Assembly (NCBI RefSeq): GCF_001194135.2
Contig: NC_068996.1
Coordinates: forward strand, 33,678,511 to 33,722,421
Reading direction: 5' to 3'
DNA from: Octopus bimaculoides
Lineage: Eukaryota
DNA length: 43,911 nt
Below the pieces are notes generated by a model. That model ran no database searches and was not told the origin of the DNA. It saw nothing but the letters and a program-made list of their open reading frames with translations. Below, piece by piece: positions 12,190 to 23,260 of the stretch. The stretch's first letter is position 1; every line of letters starts with the position of its first letter. A program made the translations under genes and the position numbers.

Positions 12190-14277
12190 TTTTGAACCTT
12201 ATCTCCTACTTCAAAATGTCTTGTTGCCTTATCTGTATTTTCTTTAAATATATATTTTCCTGGCAACAATTTATCGAAGTTTGATTTTATTTTCTGTGTG
12301 AACATTAACTCTACGGGAGACTTTCTTGAACTGGAATTCGGATTGGGAATTACTCTATATACCCTCAAGAATTTCATTAGTGATTTGTCATTTCCTACAT
12401 CATTCCTTGCTTTTTTTTTTAATGTTTGCTTGAAAGTATCAATGAATCTTTCTACCTGCCTATCTGACCTCAGATGGTGGGGTGGGGTAAAAATATGCTT
12501 TATCGCATGTATTTTGTAGAAATTTTTGAATTCATGACCTGTAAATTATCTGATACTAACGTGTCCATTATCTGATATCAACGTGTCTGGAACACCGCAT
12601 CAGGCAAATTATTTCTACAGGAACTTTATTGTTGTCTTCACAGTTGATTTATTGCACTTGCATACCTCTGACCATTTTGTACTGCTATCAACAATGATTA
12701 GATAGTGTGCACCATTCACTGGTCCAGCATAGTCAATATGTACCCTGGACCACAGACTATTCATCTCATGCCACGATTGATATTTCACTGGTGGTGCTTT
12801 GGCTGCTAGTGCACAACCTCTACATGATTTTACACAATTTTCATTGTCCCAGTCCCTTGTCGACCAATATACATAGCTCCTCATTAAGGCTTTGATTCTC
12901 AACATTCCCAGATGTTGACTGTGGAATTTCTGCAAAACTCGTTTCTGTATTTCTGTATTTCAGTTGGTACTACCACTCTTTGTGTGTACATTAAAACGTT
13001 GTCACATAGTGAAAAATTATTTGAATTTGTATTTTTCTTTATCAGCATCTCTTTCTTTCTTGTAATGTCTTATCCTCTGCAGATTTCATTTTTATATTAT
13101 GCACTGTCACTGGCAGTTCATAAATAACATTACACATAACGTTTTTTATTAATTTTTTTCTTCAATTCAGCTGCTGAGTTCTTTTCACAGGTAGGGCAGC
13201 CATTTAAATTTTTTACAGTACTGGCTTACTGGGAGATCCCATAAGTCAAATAACTCCAACCAGTACCAAATAGATTGGCTGTGTTCTTTACAATGAAAAC
13301 TTTCGCCTTGTAAGCTTTTCCTTGAAATGACATCATTCCACATTTTGCCTACAAAGTGTAGTTTGTCATCCATCACGCCACATGCAGTTTTTGCTGTTTT
13401 TCCTAACATAGGCTTCCCTATTTTCTTCTACATGTCAGTGTTAATGATTGAAATGTCACTACTAGTATCCAGTTGTAATTTAATATTTACTCCGTTTACT
13501 TTTATGTGAACAAATTTCCTTATTTGAGAGTCAATTTTACTTTCTGCTGAGAGCACTTTCGAATGTTTTACATTTTACCTTCGTACTTTTGTTCTGCAGT
13601 GTGAACTTGTCTCCAAATTTTTGACAACTAAAATTTTTGGTTTTTAAATGGACAATCTTTTCTGAAATGCAAGCCTCCACATCCATAAAATGGATTAGGA
13701 CCAAGCAATCTTCTTTGGTTATACTTTCTCAGTCAACATATCTGTAGTTCTGTGAAATTCTTTCCTTGAATTTTTCTTACGTCATGTTACAGGTTTACCA
13801 TCCTTTGACACTCTTCTGCAACAATCTGCAGGATTAAATCTTGGTTTGCTTGTTCAAGTTTTGAAAGAATTCTTGCTTGTATTTCTGTATCTTCATTTGT
13901 TGTAAGGCCTTGTACAAAAATGAGGCACTTAAACATCTCAGGAGTAAGTTCTTTCAATCTAAAACTTTCACACATTCTGTTGACTGTTCTTGCATATGTA
14001 ATTAAGTCATCATCCTCTTTTTTTAGTTAAATTCTGACACTCCATTCGAGTGTTAGATAGATTAGTTTTATCACCAAATATGCTAGACAGTAATTTGATT
14101 GTTTCATTCGATACGCTGTTTGGCGAAAACGAACTTACTGCATTTTCGAACTTCTTTGCGTATAACTCCAATAATTGTTGTTGTTGCTGTACTAGTTGCT
14201 TCTGCAACTCCTGTTGCTGTTCTTGTTGCTGCTTTTGCAACTCTACTATAGAAGCTAATAGATCTTCCATCATTTAA
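12190..14277 (-). pseudogene. Internal region of Gypsy B: gag, protease and integrase remnants
   Basis: MEDLLASIVELQKQQQ (gag start), CESFRLKELTPEMFKCLIFVQGL, LDTSSD protease motif, then directly HSQHLGMLRIKALMRS...RVHIDYAGP...IVDSSTKWSEV and FLRVYRVIPNPNSSSRKSPVELMF. Confidence 0.9.
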
Positions 14278-14325
14278 CAAGTTGTATTATGAAAAAATTG
14301 TTTAATAACCTATGTGAGCTTCGAA

Positions 14326-14338
14326 ACCCTCGCTACCA
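14326..14338 (-). promoter_or_regulatory. Primer-binding site of Gypsy B, probably tRNA-Ser
   Basis: TGGTAGCGAGGGT lies 2 nt after the LTR. Together with copy A (TGGTGACAAGGAT) it points to ancestral TGGCGACGAGGAT, complementary to the 3' end of tRNA-Ser(GCU). Confidence 0.65.
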
Positions 14339-14340
14339 GC

Positions 14341-14611
14341 TGTAACCTCCATCTCCAATGTGGTACTGACACGATAGTGTGACGGATGGTTTTGATACAC
14401 TGTACCAGTGTTGCAACAAGATAACGATGCAGACGTTATAACAACATAATGATCCAACAATCAATATTCCAAATGAACTAACCAGCTGATACCTTCTGAT
14501 TTCACTGCAAACTCAACCTGAATTAACTCACAAACTTCACTCCAGCCACTACTATAATCGCTCAGTCCAGTCTATTTCTTGCAAGGGGGTGTCATGACTG
14601 TCATCACAACA
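14341..14611 (-). repeat. 5' LTR of Gypsy B
   Basis: Direct repeat of 7560-7867, followed on the minus strand by the PBS and gag. Confidence 0.9.
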
Positions 14612-15400
14612 GAATACAATTAAAAATATAAGTACCAACCAAATTGGTTACTTGAGCCAAATCACTGCACCCCATAGTAATGTCAAAATAATCAGGCCTG
14701 TCAGTTCTAGTCCAATACTTCCCATCAAATTCAATTATGGTTTTCCTACCTGTTAGTACTATATCAACCTCACGTTTGGATAACTCTGAATTCTTCATAG
14801 TGAAAATTAATGCTTTATTCAGAAGGATAGTGTTGATAAATATGTAATAATTAGAAATATCCAACTGAATGAATCTAGTATGTTTTTTATCCTAAGTGTT
14901 AATGTCAGTGAACCAACTAATAACCTCCAAGGAATTAGATAAAAAAGATAAACTAATATTTTGTTCAAGCTTAGGAATATGTTTATGAATAATAAATTTA
15001 CTAATCTTATCAATATCTTATTTCAATGGGTAGATCAGTCTAACCTGTGGATCAATATTAAAATTAGGATTAAATTAGTTCTGGGGGTTTTGGAAGTGTA
15101 AGGTTCAGTTCGATTTTCAACTTGTAGATCTTCAACAATGTCTTTGACAATTAAGTTAATGCTTAGTAAATTTTCTTTGGAGGTAATTTTATAATCCTTT
15201 GTTGTTTTTTAACTAAAGAGTATTTTTCTGGTTCTAACTTATAAAGATTTCCAGTTTATTTGCATGAACAAGTATTCCAGGTTAACTCCTAAATTCTTTC
15301 AATAACTGTTGTAATTTCCTTAGATGAGGGTTTCTTCTCACAGGGAATCGGTAGAATTTAACTACTAAGAGATACTAATAGTTTCATGCTTTTATGATAC
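14612..15400 (-). mobile_element. Penelope-like element 1: N-terminal RT region
   Basis: VHANK/TGNLYK, VRLIYP..IDKISK, DISNYY...LLNKALIF and YFDITMGCSDLAQVTNLVGTYIF (the FDVTMG..DGAEV.ELVG motif). Confidence 0.88.
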
Positions 15401-15639
15401 CTTAACTAGGTATATTTATAAAATATGCCATGTATCTTCAAGCAATCTTTCAGGCTCTATTTATGCATTATGTAGATTTTAGAAACGAGAATGCTGGACA
15501 GAAAAAATGTAAAAAAACGTAAAGAAGGTTGATGCAAAAAATGGAATGAGAAGAAAGAAATGAAATCTGGAAAACTAAGATCGCCATCCTCCTTGAACCA
15601 TATTAAATATGCCAAAGACTGCAACTCAATCTGGTGCAG

Positions 15640-16140
15640 CAATCTGAATAGACAGGGTATAAGAGGCATCAAATATGGTGTGTAAGAAAAACGATTGTGC
15701 TGGTATGGTCATGTGATACGTATGGATGAGGACAGCTGTGTAAAAGAGTACTGATCTCTAACTGTAGAGGGAACCCATGGAAGCAGTAGATCCAGGAAGA
15801 CATGGGACAAGATGGTGAAGCATGATCTTCAAATGTTGGGCTTCATGGAGGCAATGACAAGTGACCGAGACCTTTGGTGATATGCAATGCTTGAAAAGAC
15901 TTGTCAAGTCAAGTGAAATCGCAGTTGTGGCCAAATGTTGGTGTCAAGTAACTGGTACCTGTGCTCGTGGTTTGTAAAAAATACCCTTTTCACTCTTGGA
16001 GTGGTTGGCATTAGGAAGGGCATCCAACTGTAGAGACCATGCCAAATAAGATTTGAACCTGGCGCAGCTCTTCAGCTTACCAGATTCAGTCAAACTGTCT
16101 AACCCATGTCAGTATGGAAAGCAGACACTATATGATATGG
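15640..16140 (+). mobile_element. 5'-truncated RTE LINE (end of ORF plus 3' UTR)
   Basis: RLCWYGHVIRMDEDSCVK...SRSRKTWDKMVKHDL, followed by the family 3' UTR. Confidence 0.88.
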
Positions 16141-16244
16141 ACCATCTATTCATGCAATCTGAATTGAATCGCATTTTAATTTCCAATTCAGTTCTCTCCT
16201 CAAAATCTTTATGGAGGGCCATCTGTTTGTGTGATCCAGATGTA

Positions 16245-16411
16245 TCACCCACTACACTCTCGGAGTGGTTGGTGTTAGGAAGGGCATCCAGCTGTAGAAA
16301 CTCTGCCAAATCAGATTGGAGCTTGGTGTAGCCATCTGGTTCACCAGTCCTCAGTCAAATCGTCCAACCCATGCTAGCATGGAAAGCGGACGTTAAACGA
16401 TGATGATGATA
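16245..16411 (+). mobile_element. Young RTE-family 3' terminal fragment with (GAT)n tail
   Basis: Almost identical to the reverse complement of 26902-27067. Confidence 0.9.
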
Positions 16412-17186
16412 GTTTATAGATGTGCTAGCCAGACGATCTGATCTATGATGAGGTTGATAAAGTAGGGTTAATTAGTTTGTCCATCTACCTTGAATAACCT
16501 CAATGATGATGGTGATGATAGTAACAGAAAAATGGCAGATAGTTTCACCCAACATTCTCATGAATTCTCATTGGCTCAATGATATGTAGAATATTGGCAC
16601 AAGGTTTTCAGTTTCACTTCTAAAGGATTACTTGACACATCAGAACTAAAACAGCTATGCAAACTGACTTATTGTATTTTATACTTCAGCCTTTCCAACT
16701 TGTTGCTTACATATGTATATGTGATGATATAATTGATTTTCCTTCGGTCTACAGCTTACCCCCTCTCAATCTCTCTGTCTGAATTCTGTCTCTCTTTCTC
16801 ATCTAACAATCTATCAATATCTCTTACAGGTACAACTATCAATTTCTATCATAATTTTAAATTTCCCTTGTTTCCCCTTTTGATGTTATGGACCTATCTC
16901 TCTCTATCTATTTGCTCCCACAGGTACTTCTAATTTTGGTTGGAAATTTCAAACTCAATCCTCTTCAAGAAATCTTCATGGAGGACCATTTACACCTGCA
17001 ATTTGAATTGAATTTCCTTTTCCCTCCCACCCATCCTGCACTGCTACCTTCTCAAAGAAGGTTCAAGCACATGCACACATATTGATATTTGTGCATGCTT
17101 GTTTATTCTGCCCACATAAGAGTATGTGCATTGGAGAACTATTGGCATATATCTACACACATAAGTATATGTATGTATGTTTATGC

Positions 17187-17217
<31 letters not shown>

Positions 17218-17793
17218 ATTAACTACCAACAAAAATAATTGGTAAGCTAACTTAAAAAATCATCACCTAAATAGCAGAAAAAAACGACAGTGAAGATATG
17301 CAGACTCTTCAAGAATCGATCCTTTTGGTTATATTAATAATAATAAAGGAGTTACGACGCAAAAACGTATAAATTCAAAAGAACATATTTATCTTCTTCA
17401 ATATATATTTCAGTATAAAGGATTCATTAAGATGCTTAGATCAAAATTNNNNNNNNNNNNNNNNNNNNNNNNNNNNNNNNNNNNNNNNNNNNNNNNNNNN
17501 NNNNNNNNNNNNNNNNNNNNNNNNNNNNNNNNNNNNNNNNNNNNNNNNNNNNNNNNNNNNNNNNNNNNNNNNNNNNNNNNNNNNNNNNNNNNNNNNNNNN
17601 NNNNNNNNNNNNNNNNNNNNNNNNNNNNNNNNNNNNNNNNNNNNNNNNNNNNNNNNNNNNNNNNNNNNNNNNNNNNNNNNNNNNNNNNNNNNNNNNNNNN
17701 NNNNNNNNNNNNNNNNNNNNNNNNNNNNNNNNNNNNNNNNNNNNNNNNNNNNNNNNNNNNNNNNNNNNACATAAGTATATGTATGTATGTTTA

Positions 17794-17825
<32 letters not shown>

Positions 17826-17828
<3 letters not shown>

Positions 17829-18603
17829 CTTGGTTCTTAGCTCCCATTTTATTAATCATAGTCCTCCAAGCTATAACTGAGGAATTTAAGACTGGCTGCC
17901 CTTGGGAGCTCCTCTATGCTGATGACTTTGTTCTTATTGCTGTATCACCACCAAAACTGGAGAAGAAATTTCAGGTATGGAAGCAAAGGCTGGAATCAAA
18001 GGACCTTAGAGTTAATTTAACAAAGACCAAAATATTGATAAAGGAGATGGCCCTGCTCGATATGCAGAAAAGGTGTCGGGAGAAACTCCATAAGGTGTAC
18101 CCTGTGCAAGCTATGGATATATAAGAGGTGCAACAGTGTCACTGGATGACTAACGGAGAAAGTAGTCTTTACATGTGGCAGATGTGCAGGTACATTAAAC
18201 ACCAGTAATATAAAAAAAAATAGATTCCTTCATATGTCAGTGGGGATTCCTAGAACTAGTAGACAGTTTCCGTTTCTTAGGTGACCAAGTTAGTAGTAGG
18301 GGCGGTTGTTCCGAAAGTATAGCTGCTAGAATAAGAATAGGCTGAGTAAAGTTCAGAGAGTGACTACTTCTGTGAGTAACAAAGAACATCTTCCAGTGAA
18401 AAAAGCATCTGTGGCATTGCTACATAAAAGCACTCATTACACTCTATAAAGTGGTTGGCATTAGGAAAGGCATCCAGCCATAGAAACCATGACAAAACAG
18501 ATATGGAACTTGAACAGCCCTTCAGCTGGTAAGCTCTTGTCGAACTATCCAACTCGTGCTAGCATGGAAAACAGATGTTAACTGATGATGATGATGATGA
18601 TGA
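17826..18603 (+). mobile_element. RTE LINE fragment (RT core, PHD-like insert, internal deletion, 3' UTR)
   Basis: APILLIIVLQAITEEFKTGCPWELLYADDFVL; CSIC...CTLC...YKRC...CGRC; DSFRFLGD; family tail ending in (GAT)n. Confidence 0.9.
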
Positions 18604-18783
18604 TATACACAGATAGACAAATATTGCCTGTGATGATTTTACAATCTGTGAACTGTATTTATAAATGAGTAGTTATAGAGTACATGTAATGCATGTAAGT
18701 AGCCTATGGATCCCACATGCATATTTCTACATGTAATACATTATCCATGTACACACTTATATGTACATGTGTATGTTTACGGA

Positions 18784-19170
18784 GTGGAGGCGCAATGGCT
18801 TAGTGGTTAGGGCAGCGGACTCATGGTCATAGGATCATGGTTCGATTCCCAGACCGGGCGTTGTGAGTGTTTATTGAGCGAAAACACCTAAAGCTCCACG
18901 AGGTTCCGGCAGGGGATGGTGGCAAACCCTGCTATACTCTTTCACCACAACTTTCTCTCACTCTTTCTTCCTGTTTCTGTTGTGCCTGTAATTCAAAGGG
19001 TCAGCCTTGTCACACTGTGTCATGCTGAATATCCCTGAGAACTACGTTAAGGGTACACGTGTCTGTGGAGTGCTCAGCCACTTGCACGCTAATTTCACGA
19101 GCAGGCTGTTCCGTTGATCGGATCAACTGGAACCCTCAACGTCGTAAGCAACGGAGTGCAAACAGAACAG
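18784..19170 (+). mobile_element. Full-length tRNA-derived SINE (second family) with 11-bp TSD
   Basis: A-box TGGCTTAGTGG (18796-18806), B-box GGTTCGATTCC (18839-18849), perfect TSD ATGTTTACGGA at 18773-18783 and 19171-19181. Confidence 0.92.
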
Positions 19171-19513
19171 ATGTTTACGGATATATGACTACAATATGAT
19201 GTTCATAATGATTTAGAATATATATATTATCATCGTGTGTGCAGCTACTTTTGCATCTTGGAAACTGACTGTTGCTTTGATAATAATTTTGAAAACTTCT
19301 TCAACCTTATCTGCTTCCCTCTCCCATAGCAGTCGCATATCCAAAAGTCATTACAGGACTGAAAGAAATTGTAATTGCAATCCCTGCTGAAACCTGTACC
19401 TCCTTACACAAAGCTGTTGGACCTGCTACCTTCAGGCAAACTTTCATAAAGATCTTCTTCTGAGCTGGAAACATCCCTCACAACTTCCATCTCAGGCTTC
19501 ACTGGTTCACAAT

Positions 19514-22500
19514 CTCAGAGCTGCTACAATCAACATTGGCACAAGGTAGGTCAGGTGAGATCACTGAAATGCTTGAGCAGAGGTATGTCGATGTGTGCAA
19601 GAGGTACAATGGAGGGGAGCCTCAGTTAGCCTGCTCACCAGCAAGAGGGATAGATACAAGTTCTTCTTAGTGGGCAGTAATGATGGCATAGGTATTCTTT
19701 TGGCAGAGGAATGGGTGGATAAGGTGATTGAGGTAGGAAGGGTGCAGAATTATTAAGCTAAGATTAGTCCTGGTTACAGAAATGATGTGAGAAAAGCTGC
19801 TGAAGTTCTGTGATGCAAATGACTTAATAGTTTGCAACACTAACTTCAGGAAACCTAACAGCCATCTTATCACTTGTTAATCTGATGGGCACACTAGTCA
19901 GATTGACTACATCTTCACCAGAAACAAGGACAAGCAGATGTTCATGAATGCAAAGTCTTTCCCAGATGAAGAATGTACAACTCAACATAGATTACTGGTT
20001 AGCAATTTCAGACTTAGAGATAAAAGCACCCAGTGACACAAATCAATATGGAAAGGAGATAATGAAAGCTTACAGATCTTGCAAGTTGCTAGAGATTTAG
20101 AGATGTCCTTATGAAGCCTTTGATGAGAAGGGGGAAGAGATGGAGATATATGACATAGACAATTGAAAGTTCTTAGGGTACAATCTTAGGAGACAATATG
20201 ACAATTGAAAGTTCTTAGGGGACAATCTACTGAGGGTGAAAAACCAAAGGTGACATGGTGCTGGAATACTGAGGTCACCAGGGCTATAAAAGAGAAAAGA
20301 GGGGTTTGGAAAAAGTGGAAGAGTGGATGTAGCAAAAGCAACATATCAGATAGCTATAAGAGAAGCTATACATCAGCTGTATCTAGCTATGGCAGAAGGA
20401 GAAAAGAAGAGGTTTGCCAGTGTCTTACAGAAGGAAAATCAGAGACTTGGGGTGTTCCAGATTTCTAGGCAGTATGTTAGAGAGAATCAAAATGTTCTGG
20501 GAGACAAGTATGTAAGGACAGATAACAGTATGCTTGCTCTTCGTGATCCTGAAAACAAAGAGGAGTGGAAGAGCTACCTTGAAAGGCTATTAAATGTCGA
20601 GAATGAATGGGAGAAAGAGAATCTCCCTCATATGAACCCAACAGCGGGACCAGCTATCCTAGTTGACAGCAGCACGGTAGATAAGGGAATTAAAGATATG
20701 AAGACAGAGAAGGCCCCTGGTCCATCAGGAGTCACAGTTGAGATGCCTACAATATCTAGATACAGTCTAGTCACCTGTATAATTAGCTAGATTATTCCGG
20801 AAGGTATAATCCCAAGTCACTGGCATAGCAACATCATAGTCAGCTGCTACAAGGGCAAGGAAGATGCCTTAGCTAGAAGTAATTACAGAGGCATCAAATT
20901 GCTGGACCAGGTGGTGAGAGTTGTGATGAATGTTATAGTCCAGTTAGTTAGGAACAGAATTTGACTAGATGAAATGCAGTTTGGCTTTGTCCAGATAGAA
21001 GCACCACTGATGCTATTTTTATAGTCAGGCAACTGCAGCAGAAGTTTCACTAAGAATAAGCAGTTGTACTTGGTATTTGTTGGTCTAAAGAAAGCCTTCC
21101 ACAGAGTGCCTCTTTCTGTGATGTGGTGCTCACTGAGGAAGCTAGAGGTAGACAAGTGACTTGTTAAAGTCATACAAGGTATTTACAGAGATGCTGTTAG
21201 TAAGGTAAGAGTTATCCATGGGTACAGTGATGAAATTAGTGTACAGGTAGGTGTTCACTAAGGCTTGCTCCTCAGCTCTCTCCTATTCATCATCATCCTC
21301 CAGGCCATAGCCAAGAAACTTAAGACTACAAGCCAAAGGGAACTACTATATGCTCATGATCTGACCCTTGTAGCAGAATCTGTTTCCACATCTGAAGTAA
21401 ATTGCAGGTGTGGAAACAAAACCTGGAATCAAAGGGTTTTAAAGTTAACTTAGTAAAGACCAAGGTCCTAGGAAGCAAGAAATTGAACAGGACTCTTCAC
21501 CCATCAGGTAAATGGCCCAGCTTGATATGTAGGAAGGGTATAGGCAGAAATTCCATTTGGTGTACCCATTGCAAGCTATGGCTTCACAAGAGGTGCAGTG
21601 GAATAGTAGTAGGAAGGTTAACAGAGAAAGTAGAGTTTGTGTATGGAAGATGTACAGGAGCCATAAAGACAGTAGATACATGGGAAACTGGTTTCTTCAA
21701 ATGTCCCAGAGCTTCTCTGAAAGTTGTAGATAATTTCTGCTACCTAGGTGACCAAATTAGCAGTGGAGGAGGTTGTACATAAAATGTAATTGCTAAAGTA
21801 AAAACAGCATGGAGAAAGTTCAGAGAGCTTTTATCTCTGTTGGCAACCAAAAGTCTCTCTCTCTCTCTCTGAGTAAAAGGAAGATTGTATGATGCTTGTG
21901 TATGAACTGCAATGCTATATGGTAGGGAGACGTGGACCCTAAATGCAGAAGATATGCAAAGATTAGAGAGGAATGAAGCTGGTGTGCTCTGCTAGATGTG
22001 CAATGTCTGTGTATATCTGTGACAGGGCGCTAGTATATTGAGAGAAACATTCGGCATAAGAGGAACTACATGCAATGTGCAAGAGAGGAGACTTTGCTGG
22101 TTTGATCATGTAATGTTGATGGGTGAGGACAGTTGCACAAACAAGTGCCGATCACTTAAATTGGAAGGAAGTTTTGGAAGAGGTAGACCCAGGAAGATAT
22201 GAGACAGAGTATTGAAGGTTGATCGCAAAATGCTGAAGATGACAGGGGACTGGAATATGTGATGCATTGTTGTACTCAAGAAGACCCACACACCACAACA
22301 GAACTGATATCCTAAAACCAAAGCACCACATGAAAAAATTGGTGCTGGTGCCATGTAAGAAGCACTGGTGATGTCACATAAAAAATGCCCAATATACTTT
22401 GTAAAGTGGTTGACATTAGGAAGGGCATTGCCAAGCCAAAACAGACTATGGAACCTGGTGTGGCTCCTGGTCTTGCCAGTTCTTGTCAATTATCCAATTC

Positions 22501-22535
22501 ATACCAAGCATGGAAAATGGACTTTAAATGATGAT
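19514..22535 (+). mobile_element. Near full-length degraded RTE-clade LINE (APE endonuclease, RT, 3' UTR)
   Basis: LRAATINIG, CNTNFRKP, SQIDYI and QHRLLV (APE); KAPGPSG, NYRGIKLL, QFGF, KAFHRVP, LLYAHDL and NFCYLGD (RT); family 3' UTR and GAT tail. Confidence 0.93.
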
Positions 22536-22619
22536 ACACACACGCACACACTATGGAGCTTTATCATTGAGCAGTGAGGATTGAGTTGTTCAATCAAGCA
22601 AATTACCTGCTCCTGGATT

Positions 22620-22710
22620 AACATGGAAGTGGCTGAGTATTCCACAAGCACAAATATCTATAATGTATTTCTCAGGGAAAAATCATTATGACAATGTGTA
22701 ACAAGGCACA
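22620..22710 (-). mobile_element. Old fragment of the 18784-19170 SINE family
   Basis: Reverse complement gccttgttacac...ccctgagaa...tgtggaatactcagccac matches 19005-19081. Confidence 0.6.
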
Positions 22711-23005
22711 ATCCACATGATGGGCTTCTGTACAATGTCTGTTTCTGTCTATCCTATTTCACTTGCAAGCAATATATTTCATGGCTGCAAAGTGAACTTG
22801 TAATCATTCAGCCATACTGCACTTATACCATCCAATCACTCACATGTTCATTTATATAAATGAGTGGACAAATGAAAGAATCTTCTAGGAATTACACATA
22901 TTTTTTAATAATAGTTTGACTCACTCTATATAATCAAAGTTTTGTAGGTGCGTAGAACAAACTCATCTCATCAGATATTAGGGAAGATTCAAACTGTTAT
23001 AACAA

Positions 23006-23039
<34 letters not shown>

Positions 23040-23063
23040 GCTAGCTATCTATCTATCTATCTA
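23006..23063. repeat. (CTAT)n microsatellite
   Basis: Direct reading. Confidence 0.95.
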
Positions 23064-23260
23064 GGGAGAATTCACAAAAAAACAAAAGACGAAGACAGGT
23101 GGTGTAGAAAACAAACAGATGTATTAGTATAACACTCGGGAATTGAAAAAGTCTTTAACGTTTCGAGCCAACACTCTTCCACAGAAAGGAACACGGAAAG
23201 AAACAAGGAGAGAAACAAGTAAAGAAAAAAAATGTGTGTAGTGGTTAGCGATCTATTTTG
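23064..23260 (-). mobile_element. Probable Penelope-type pseudo-LTR remnant with hammerhead-like motif
   Basis: Minus strand cttt-CTGTGGAA-GAG-tgttgg-CTC-GAAACGT-T-aaag resembles the CTGATGAA-stem-CGAAACGT motif of PLE terminal repeats. Confidence 0.5.

Larger units (their letters stand above)
7560..14611 (-). mobile_element. Gypsy/Ty3 (Mag-like) LTR retrotransposon B, two LTRs, lacking RT/RNase H
   Basis: Homologous LTRs at 14341-14611 and 7560-7867 with TGT...ACA ends, PBS, PPT, and 5-bp TSD GTATA (7555-7559) / GAATA (14612-14616). Confidence 0.9.

Noticed and set aside
16800-16930. Two pyrimidine tract + CAG|GTAC splice-like sites on the plus strand
   Set aside because: No recognisable reading frame or partner sites.
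17159-17825. Identical ~50-bp microsatellite flank on both sides of the 17449-17768 gap
   Set aside because: Most simply a contig-end overlap or assembly artefact; cannot be separated from a real duplication without reads.
18784-18860. tRNA genes (here and at 725-797)
   Set aside because: A and B boxes are present, but there is no complete cloverleaf and the sequence runs into SINE bodies.
20158-20229. 29-bp local duplication inside the RTE
   Set aside because: An ordinary slippage-type duplication in a dead element.
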